From Phoronis australis (lineage: Eukaryota > Animalia > Phoronida), in NCBI GenBank assembly GCA_002633005.1, contig NMRA01000127.1:690438-754437 (forward strand): DNA of 64,000 nt. The letters are read 5' to 3'. Below, one piece after another: positions 53,997 to 64,000 of the stretch. The translations under genes were made by a program, and so were the position numbers. Under the pieces are notes generated by a model. The model was not told the origin of the DNA. It did not search any database and was given only the letters and a program-made list of their open reading frames with translations. Each line of letters opens with the position of its first letter. Position 1 is the first letter of the stretch.

Positions 53997-56459
53997 CCGT
54001 AAACGTTCGGGTTAACGCCCTGGGCGGTTAAATTGGCAAACCCAAAAAATCGGGGGTGGGCGGTTAACCAGACTTGGGCGCTTAAACGTGAAATTTCAAG
54101 AAATCCAGTGTGGGCGGTTAACCGAACATGGGCGCTTATTACGACAGGCAACCGCCCTGGGCGGTTAATCTTACCTCGTGATCTAAGTCCCCACACCACA
54201 CACACTCGGAACGCGTAGCACTTTTCAAAGAGCGTTATCGTCACGTCGCCACATGACGGGGAAAATGTCATAACAGCGGATGATCCCAACAAAGGTTCTC
54301 TTGCCCTCAGATTAGTTATTCACTCTATTAAATTTACAGAATTGCTGAGTAATAGCCCCGTGCCGTCCTGCGGTCTTGTTACTTTGCCCTGCGCAGCGCA
54401 CAGACGACCAGAGACCACGCAGCCTCTACTTGGATTGCAAATATTTCAACACGTGACCTTGCTAAAGTGCGCGCGTGCAAGCTTCACTTGTTGCAGAGGT
54501 CATAGCAGACATCAAATTTATGGTTACAGTCTCGTACTAGCTGCCAAATTCATAGTCAGAGAGCAGTTTTAAAATTAGTTGTAATAAAAGTTTGATAAAC
54601 TTAACTCAGATGTTTTTTGTGTTGGGGATATCGACACTCCGTGACTCAATGACATTTTCAGCGTATGGTTCTGCGGCTAGCTTTTTTATGTCGACCGCCC
54701 GGCATTGCTCACTTGCCGTTGTGCCAAACATGCACGGCAAAGAAGTAGGCCTAAGACAAGAATCGGGGTGAGCCACTCGTCAATCAACAATAAAATTTCG
54801 AGCCATGGCATAAATATATGATAAACCGCCACAAAACAGCGATGTTTCAATTCATTCTTAAACGATCACCTTACCAAACTTCGTGGTGGAAAAACATTTA
54901 TTTTTCATACAGGATGTCCAGATTATCGTATTTATATCACTTGCAAAATCGCATTGCGGCACTGTTCGGTCAGGCTGTTAGCGCGCAATGTCTCAGTCGG
55001 CTGACAATCGTGATTCATAAATGCCGTCAAGTAATATAACGGCCTCTTTCGATATATGCACCTCGTTTTTTTATGGCAAAAGATAGCGGCGGGATTCAGC
55101 ACGCACGTAGGGCCTACGTGTGAGTCACCTGCCAATCACATGTTGGTGTCAAGGTAACATGCACTCCAAAGTGTGGGAACTTGCACTCGTGCACCACAAC
55201 AAAGTCGCCTAAGAGAATAGCGACAGTCCTAAGTATCAAAAACGGGCGTGACTATGTACTTTTAAGCTGTTGCTACAAAAGACCCAATTCTTTACGATGT
55301 TCCTCCATTGCCAATGTTCCCCAAAACTGCGATGTCAAGTCAATTCCGATATTTCCCGGCTCGATGTTCCCTAAGCCCATGCCCGTAGCTAGCTGCGTGC
55401 ATCTCTTACCCACTATCGCCAATTTTCAGTCAGTCTACGTCGTAGATATTTCAGACTACACCTGTAGAATGGTAAGAATTTTTGTTCAGGCTGAAACTGG
55501 CCAATGTATAAACAAAATTATTCTGGATGGCAAAAAAGGGGATGTGGAAACGATAATTCACACAGTCACGCTTACGCGGGGGCTGACGCAAGAAATAGTA
55601 AACAGCCAGCGACATTAGTTAAATCTGCTAACGCCAGTTTGACTGAGATGCAATACGCGAAAAACAAAATTTGACTAGCAGTTTTTTATTACCTCAAGAT
55701 CATACACAAACATACATTATTGTCAACCTTTGAATTCAGAAATCGATAGGCAGCATCGAGATCGGTAATCCAGTAAGGAACTTGTACTGTCCCTTCGATC
55801 GCCACACATCCTCTATAACTCGGCAGTTACATTCATCAAAATATTGAGAATTTGACATCTTTCCGTGAGTTGTGCGATTTGTTCAAAAATACGAGAGCTT
55901 CCCACCTTGATAGAATTTGGAGGGTTGGCAAAACCATGGTCACATTTCTCTGGCCTGATTTTTTCGAATATATGTTTTATCTTGTGCACTACAGATGGAA
56001 ACTCAGCGCGGCAGACAAAGTCGCTGAAAGCGGAGGTTTTGACGCCGGCGGCGTTCTTAAACTTTGCAAACATGGGAAGAAAATAAAGTGACAAAAACGT
56101 TCAAGTATTACATTTTGAAGTGAGTCCATGACCCAAGACAATACATGTAACGTGTTACTTGAATTGTAATTCACATTGCTAAACCACCGTCTCGGAAGCC
56201 CGGCGTCGTTGCGCTCTTTGTGATCATCGATCTTTTTCTAAAAGTCGGGAAATCGCACGTTTCCTTAGCACTGGGCGCTACATCTTCATTCTTTAAAAGT
56301 CGGGGATGGGCGCTTAACCGAGAGGTGGGCGCTTAACTGGAAATCTTCAAAAGTCGCAGGGGGGCGCTTAACCGAGCAGTGGGCGGTTAAATCGAAAATC
56401 CACCTAAAGTAGGGGGTGGGCGGTTAACTGAGCATGGGCGTTTACCCGAACGTTTACGG
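53997..56459. mobile_element. Non-autonomous Tc1/mariner-superfamily (Tc2/pogo-like) element, 2463 bp
   Basis: TA TSD at 53995-53996 and 56460-56461. The 24-bp TIR CCGTAAACGTTCGGGTWAACGCCC has one mismatch. Subterminal GGGCGSTTAA arrays at both ends; CpG-rich; no transposase ORF seen. Confidence 0.9.
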
Positions 56460-59400
56460 TAAGTAAATATGAGTGCATCACCGACTCAGGCCAAAAATAA
56501 TTTGTAGAAATTACAAGCTTTCTTTTTTATTTTTTGACTAGCTTATCTCCCATTTGGCAGCCAGGGTATTTTGCCAGGTCGCATTTGCAGTTGACGTTAT
56601 GCAGAGCACCAAGCCCAGTAGAAGTAGTAATCGAAAGGTATTGACAGATGTTATGCAGCTGCACACTTGAAAATTGTTTACTTTGATCAGTTGATGGTGT
56701 GAAATTGTTGTCAACCAATAAACTTACAAATTCAGAAAACAAGCAAAAACGATCACTGATACATTTGAATTGAGTGTGAAAGCACCTCTCAAACTTCTGT
56801 GTGTTATCAGGTTGGGATAAGTTATACTACACCATGTAATGACAGTTTTTATGTACTGTGAACATTGGCTTATTGTTGCAGCAGGGTAATTCGATCTTGT
56901 TAATACATTTTTCATTTACTACATCTGGGTGTTCAATGACCAACATATTTCCCCCCAGGCCTCAGTCTACCCAGCATTTTTGTATGGTTGTTATTCAGTT
57001 GCCATTATATCGCATGGAATGTTATACTTGTCATGTAATTATGTGGGATATGCAGAGCGTTAAATGATGAGGAAGTTCTTTTGCATATAAAATATGCATT
57101 TGATATGGAATTGTGTATCGAGTTGGCTTTTGATACAAAATTGATGAAGATTCATCAAAATCTATCAAGCATGTGTACACATCCAAGACTATACAATTGC
57201 TAGCATACACACAGAGCACTACTATGTGTCTATGCTACCAGTAAAAAAGGCAGTATTCCTCGCATAGTAGTAAGTCTAATGTTCACAGTTGTGTAGATTT
57301 TCTATGTGACTGTTAAAATACAGTACTCATTTACTTCAAAAACATTACAAAATGACATCATTACTTTTTTGGTCTACTGAGGATATTTTGATATTTATCT
57401 AAAAAATTCAATTCTGTGACATGAATCAAACTGATCATAATAGTTACCGAATTGTAAAGCGTTATGAAGTATTAATAATACATGCCAGCTTTTAGGCATT
57501 AAGTGTTGGGTGGAAAATTCATTCATTAAAGTCGCGACGGTCTTTGTGACACGTGCGAAGAAGTCCGTGATCAGCATCGACTATCTATGAGCGATTTTTG
57601 ATGATAAAGAATATAAAAACATGAGAAGCAGACATTGTAAACCCACTATTTTAAAGAACCCAACCCAGGGCCTTCAATGCTTTGAAAATCATATAAAATT
57701 ACCCTTATCAGGCCCAAAAATTCATTTCTGCAAAACGTTGTTGGCTGCTCGGGACATTGCTGATGCGGGGGGAGGATAAGATTTCCTCTTAACCAAAATA
57801 TTCCCATCTCAGAAGCTGCAGGCACCTCTCTTCTCTTATGAGTGAGGGCCCAGGAATGCTTGGCAACATATGAAATGAGTTACACAGTCAGCATACTATT
57901 TTTGTGCTGGTGTGCCATTGTATTTAGATTGGTTATGTCAATGCATTCTGTCTTTTACATATCACGAATCTCTATATAGTGACCACTTAGCACTAACATG
58001 TATATTGTATAACATGTATGTATTTCATGACTCAATCATAATTAGTCTTCAAACTCCCCGTAATTACTGGCAGTCCAGCCTGTGATCTTTGCTTTGATTA
58101 GCTGTGATTGGCGTAAGTGCTAAAAATCATGTCAGAAGCACATTTACAACTTCCTAACATAATATTTGTATGCCAATAATCCTGTCCATGCAAACTTACC
58201 CTAGAACGACTCGCAATAGTGCAACTTGCCCTACTATAAGTGGAGTGTCCAAACACATGTATCCGGTACCTATTGCAAGACTGAAGTTGTCGCTGACAAT
58301 TAACAGCTGATATGAATACGGTGCAGAAAGCCCGGCTGCATATTACTGCAGCTGGTACATGTATATGACATCCACCTTGGCACAAGTTTGCAGCTACACA
58401 GCGATTAGAAGTGGCGCAAGTGAGGCTAGTTGCACTAAAGCTGCATTTACGTGGGAGACATCTGTCAAGGAGCAACTAACGCTGAGCAGCTAATTGGGCA
58501 CAAGTGTGTATGTAAACACGACTGACACGGAGCAACGCTGCGACCATTTTTGGCACCGGTTTGAGAGATTGAGCGAGTTGCACTCGACCAGTTTTTCCAG
58601 GTTCAATTACATGTCTAAACACAATTGGGACAGTGAAAAAGGATCATCTTTCAATCGGCACGTGCAATAGCCCAGGCCCTTATCTCGAAAATGTTTACAC
58701 CCCGGATTAAAGCACCCGGCAAATTTTGCACACTAGTACTTTTTGACACGCTGAATCTCATGGGGGTTGGTTGCCCAAATTTTGAGGTCAAGGTTTAGGT
58801 CAAATCTCAAAAAATGGCAGCCAAGTAACACAAGCTATGGTTGCTTCAATGTCAGGTAATGGTACTTAATTAACTACAAATCTATCAAAATGACACTGGA
58901 ACATCTTTTCCTCATAATGATAAGACACCTCATTTTCATAAATCCAATTTGGCCGTGAAAATTTAACTAACTGCAATTTTAACAAAAGCATCTGTATACA
59001 TACGTATGATATGCTGGCATTCCACATGGTTTGGATGTTCGCTATTCTTGATGCGAGCATGCGCAGACACTGTGTAAATGACTCATGCCAATCTACTTTG
59101 CGATCTAAAGTTGTGTAAATGCGACTGAAGTGGAGCAAATCGCGCTGTGATAACTCGCATCGTGACAACTACTCTATGTGTAAAAACAGCTTAAGTTTAA
59201 ATAGTGTCCAGACATAGCAACAACTTGTTCTAGTGAAATTGTTCTAGGTTAAGTCTTTGTGTAGGTGGCGCTATTGAAGGTTATGTCACCACTGGGCAAG
59301 TGCTTTTCAAGAGGAACACTCACTATTGTTGATGTGCCTGTACTTGAAACAAAATCCAAAGTTACCTTAGAAATGTTGTCAACATAAATCCTGTGCTCCT

Positions 59401-60236
59401 GCCCCTTTAACAGTGTGAAGGAGTACCCTCCCTCAGGGCAATGATGAGTTCCCCCTGGCCTGTACTTTGATTGGCCCAAAGAGGATGTGTTAACTTATTG
59501 GTTTTACATGAAAATTCATCCACTGAAATGAGAATCATAGATACTAGCTGGGTAGAAGGGTGATCATTTTCGTAGGAAAACTGAACCTCTTGACCTTTAC
59601 TCTCCAAGTAAACAGATGTCTTCCTTAAACCATATAAACAAATTCACACTTGCTCATGGAGACTAGATAATAAAATACAGATTTCTGTCAAAATAATGGT
59701 GAAAATGTACTTAATAGTATGGGTTTGTTTTGACATGGAATCTTGGTATAGTGCTCAAGCCTGAAAATCCTGCCAGCCAGTCGGGAAGCTGAAAGGTTTC
59801 TCTGTGATTATTGAGAATTTGTATTTTGATCCAATCTAATACCAAAAACTTTGGTGATTTCTTTTATTTCCAACAAGACCATCCTTCTCGCAACCTTTAT
59901 CACTGTCAAAACAATAACTTTTTAGTTCAACCTGGTGTTACCATGAAACTGGACTGAACTTAATACATTATGTCACTTTTCCATTAGAGAAGAAACTGGT
60001 TTATCACAACTCCATGAGTTATCATCACATTTGCCTCCTCTGTCTAGTAGTTCTAGGGATTGAACACCAGATGGTGTAGTTGATTTGCACTCTCGATTGC
60101 TTGCTGCTACATCTAATGATGCACTCCCTTCTGAGTTAAGTTAAGCTTTTCCACTGCAGGGTTGTGCAATTGTACAATTCATTCCCCGTTTTGAAAATAG
60201 AGTCTGGTACTGGTAGTTATGGTTTTCCACTGATTG

Positions 60237-62991
60237 CAGTGGCAGATCTACGTTTTCAGTAAGGGGGGGTTTAGGATTCCGCAAAGGTCGAATGCGAGGC
60301 GCGTGGCGTCGAGCCGGGGGAGGTTGGGAGGGGGGTTTCCTCGCTCCCGTGTAAGACAATTTTTGTTTTTGTAGCCAAATAGTGAAATTTCCACGCGTCC
60401 TGGTAAGTTTCTGGCACTTAACATGTCTCTGGAGTTTTTCTTAAGATAATTTAAAACCATTCTCGATTTCTTCAGATGAACTTGACTCGTAAGTTTCATG
60501 AAACCATATTTGTGCACATCTGGGTATGAGTCACGCCACCAGCAAAAATTTTTTTTGGAACATCTGCTTAAACACACGTCTTTTAGCATACGAGAAGTCG
60601 TATACGAAAAAGTGTGGTGTGTATACATGTACAGGGGTTTAGACAACTACCAAATATTCAAGAGCATAAGGAGCACGGCGGGGCGTAAAAACTTGAATAT
60701 CAGATGATCGCGTAACAGCAGCCTCAAGTTGTTTAAGAACGAAAACCTGCGCTGTTAGTCCGGAAATAAACATGTGCTTTGTCTCGTTACGAGAAAAACT
60801 GGCTAACGGTGGTGCTCTCAGCTCATAGTCTACAATTATTAAAAGCGACAATAAACAATTAAGTATCACTTCATTAAGCTGAATCACGTTGACAACAATT
60901 GAAAACGTCAAATGTATCAGGAAACCAAATCATCTGAAAACAGTTTCACGAAACCAAAACATTCTGTACACCGTGGCGAAAAGATATGCAGGACCAGTTC
61001 GCAGAGGGACTAGATGTACACTGAGAGTACACAAAAAGGCTGGCCTGGTCCGTCACGAGACCAAAAGTACATCTGTGCTTATTATTCCTATAAACATAGT
61101 CGATCTGTCGTGGGACCAAACAGTGCTGGCTGAGATAATAGTTTTACAAAGCACACTTTGGTAAAAAACATCACAAGACTAGTTCGCCGAGGGGCCAGAA
61201 GTACACTGAAACTCAATATCTACACAAATCAAGCTGGCCTGGTCCATCGCGAGATCTAATGTGTACTATGCAAAAAATTTTGAATTGAAAAAACTTCTCT
61301 CTAGATACTTTTTAATCCCCAGTGGTTGCTCATAAGTGTATTTTACACATCTGGTGGTCAACTCAGCTGCGAGAGGTTGTCTAGGAAGGATTTTCGCACC
61401 GTACTACAGTACTCACTGGAAGAAACAAGTATTGAGTACAAACTTAACTAGGCACTACGTGAAATAGATTTTGGATATGAAGCAGATAGAGCCAAGTGGA
61501 AATACAAACCAGAATCAGTTTTTGTGCGCTCGTAGACCCAGTGCTGTACTGGGTATATTTGGCATGACCACAAATAATCTCTATTTCGTTTTCATCGTAC
61601 ACAATTATAAAAAAACCGATTTTATGTACAAACTGTGTAGAATTATAACTTATTATGTGGGTGTTTCTCCAGGAACGTTAGTCCTATCCTTATGTTGTCT
61701 GGACTGCCGAGAAATCTGTATATCGGATCCAATTGTTTGCTTGTCTTGGAACCATTCTACCCAGACATCTTTGATGTTTGTTGCCAACGCTTGCACTTCT
61801 TCATACTGCTGTGTCAATGAGCTTGTACGCCTCTACAATGTCAGCATCTCGTTTCGCAGCTCAGTTGGCACTAAGCCCCCTAAGGTTGCCAAGTCCATTC
61901 AAAAGACTTACATACGCAACTAAATTTGATCTGCTCATCACGGACTGCTTCAAACCTAGACGATGCATCCCAGGACCTATTTGCGCCTCTTGCAATTTTT
62001 GGAATTAACGTCCCAATGTCTGAACGCTTGAAACCCGAAGTACTAACATCAAATAAATGTCCATGGGCATGGGCATTTATCGGGTGGGCCCTTCTGTGGA
62101 AATTCGCAGTATAGAAGACGGCTGTGGTGCTTATTGCAAGTAGAAAGACGGTAGGTGTTGAGGTCGCAACTAGGGCTCCTTAGGAGGCCTATTGAACATC
62201 GCACGTGAGTCCCTCAAGACTTTGCTGTGAAAGTACAGCCTCCCTGCAATTTCTGGTACTGTACACTGTTCGCGAATGCGGTTACTTCGTCAAAGTGAGT
62301 GCCCCTTGGTCATTCTTTGTAAAGACATAACTTGTTAGAGTGCATTTTCATATGGACTCGCGACCAGACCACGGCGCCCGCCACAATAGCAATTCTTCGG
62401 AAAACGATTTTTTTTTTCAAAAATATTACATTTACATGTACACTGTATGATATTGCGTAAGACAACTTTACTATACACCAGTCAAATTCGAGTTACAAAC
62501 GTGTGGAGTGTAATAGCATGACACGGCAAGAATGATGAAGTAAAAACGTTGCACGTCAATTCGCCTGAATCAATCAGGGTTGCAGCACCTTAGTATTTTC
62601 CCTAAATCAAATTAAAACATATCTTACAATAAAGAAGCTAGTTACCTCAAGAAATCAGCTATAGAGCTGCTCTTTCACCGGTGGATCCATCTAGAATGCT
62701 TGGCTACTTCAGAAGTGTCGACGGAAGCGTGCGCACAATGATCTCCGCGCGTTTTGCCAATGAGCCACGAAGACTCGAAATGCGTTGATTTTCATAACTG
62801 TACAGCAATTCACAATGCAAAAAATTATATTTTCAGAGTGACCCCCCTCAATTTTTTCCAAGTTGGTTTATTTGGGGTTTACTCACGATGGTGGTGCTGT
62901 TTTTGTTTTGCTGGAGACATTTTTTTTTTTGGGTCCTGGCTCAAGGGGGAGGGTTTAAACCCCCTGAACCCCCCCCATAGATCCGCCACTG
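60237..62991 (-). mobile_element. hAT-superfamily deletion derivative, 2755 bp, with 5-bp TSD GATTG
   Basis: TIRs CAGTGGCAGATCTA and TAGATCCGCCACTG with G/C-run subtermini. GATTG occurs at 60232-60236 and 62992-62996. An internal transposase remnant is present. Confidence 0.88.
61645..62000 (-). pseudogene. Decayed hAT transposase fragment (PRKRIR/THAP12-ZMYM-like, Tip100 group)
   Basis: My minus-strand translation across frameshifts gives WDASSRFEA...LGNLRGLSA..KRDADIVEAYKLIDTAV..EEVQAL..IKDVWVEWFQD...RQSRQHKDRTNVPGETP. This fits the LSxxLQxxxxD(I/L)xxA and RQxxRxNxPxxxPEEYYR pattern of this family. It is not in the ORF track. Confidence 0.72.
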
Positions 62992-64000
62992 GATTGAAGC
63001 TCGGAAGAATGGGATTTGCAGTGGGAAAGCAGCATTGAGCTGGATGGAATAGGTGGCCTGTTTGTGATGAAAGCAACAAGTCTGCTGACAAAATTAGTTA
63101 CAGGTGGTTGGTTTGGGTGCCTATTGTTTCAAAATCTGTAAAGTTTGTAAAATGCATGTAGTTTGGTACTTGGAAGTCATGTAGGAGCTTATCGAAAAGC
63201 CAGTGCATTCAGGCAGATATCTAGTAAGAAAAACTCCAGAAAAGTGTATGTTTTTTGAAAGTAGTATAGTTTGGCTGCAAACTTGATAGAGAACACGACT
63301 GTTTGTTTTTAATGTCTGTTGGCAATTTGCTTCACAGTTGCACACCATAAGATTGGACATAGTACAGTATAAGCCAGTGTTATCAAGCTGTCCAGCACAA
63401 AGTACACTTGTGTTTTCAATCAAATTTTCTGAAAGCAGATAGTCTGGATTTTTGACTTTATACCAATCTGCTGTTGATTGGATCATGTGACAGTGTTTTT
63501 TTAGTAAAATTTGGCAAGAAACATGACAAAATTTTGTTTGGTATAAATATTCAAGGTGAAATCTCAAAAACCTTGCCATAGTTTCCTAAATTATCTTTTT
63601 GTTTTCATTTTATGCATCCTTTTCATATTTTCATAAAAATTATGAAGTTCCATATTCTGATAGCCCCTGGTACAAAAGTGGATCAAGTTAAAAACAAAAG
63701 ATTGAAGCGGTGCTTAAAGTTTCATATGAACTTGATCATCCATCTCTGAGATATGATCGGAGGTTACGGTAAAACATCTCCTGTTTGGTACAGTCTTAAA
63801 TTTTGGACACCCAAATTGAAGCTGAAATTGAATTTTCTTGATTATGAAGTATGGAACTTGTGCAGTTTAGGCATTCACCGTATTTCTCAAATATCGGACA
63901 CATTATTTTGTATCAACAGAAGATAGACTTGTCAGTTCTTACAATTGTTGAAAATAACTATCAGACACTTTAAGATAACTAATTTTTCGTCATTAGTGGT

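Larger units (their letters stand above)
8294..64000 (+). other. Very large intron of the PDE gene, probably extending beyond the window
   Basis: Starts at a GTAAGC donor. The next exon should begin D-x-R-F-N...D..TGY.T..(I/L)LCMPI, and I saw no such sequence in the ORF track or by eye. The sequence is repeat-rich and non-coding. Confidence 0.7.

Noticed and set aside
54020-54170. Spaced GGGCGGTTAA repeats resembling a CRISPR array (also 56305-56440)
   Set aside because: Short, irregularly spaced subterminal repeats of a TIR transposon in eukaryotic DNA; no cas genes.
61471-61923. 150-aa plus-strand ORF
   Set aside because: Antisense shadow of the decayed hAT transposase, with a TTG start.
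63121-63579. 152-aa minus-strand ORF
   Set aside because: No recognisable motif and intron-like composition; consistent with a chance ORF.
1-64000. Novel prokaryote-style system (operon, defence island, retron)
   Set aside because: Very low coding density, spliceosomal signals and animal TE families; the RT and nuclease remnants are explained by decayed transposons.

Overview
AT-rich animal genomic DNA, probably a marine invertebrate (inferred from the repeat repertoire). It holds one recognisable host gene segment: the first coding exon (7574-8293, +) of a GAF-domain cyclic-nucleotide phosphodiesterase of the PDE5/PDE6/PDE11 group. I found no further PDE exon, so the remaining ~55.7 kb appears to be a single giant intron. 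Upstream lie a decayed Academ-type (XPG nuclease + Cys-rich) DNA transposon and an RT/RNase H LINE fragment. The intron is dense with non-autonomous DNA transposons (Harbinger-like, Tc2/pogo-like, hAT-like, Kolobok-like), LINE 3' fragments and minisatellites. It also has a 794-bp duplication across a single N that looks like an assembly artefact. The most notable observations are hAT-like elements with 5-bp and 6-bp rather than 8-bp target-site duplications, several inverted repeat pairs in the intron, and a complex 5' leader. No new multi-gene system is supported. All homology calls come from motif recognition by eye, not database searches.
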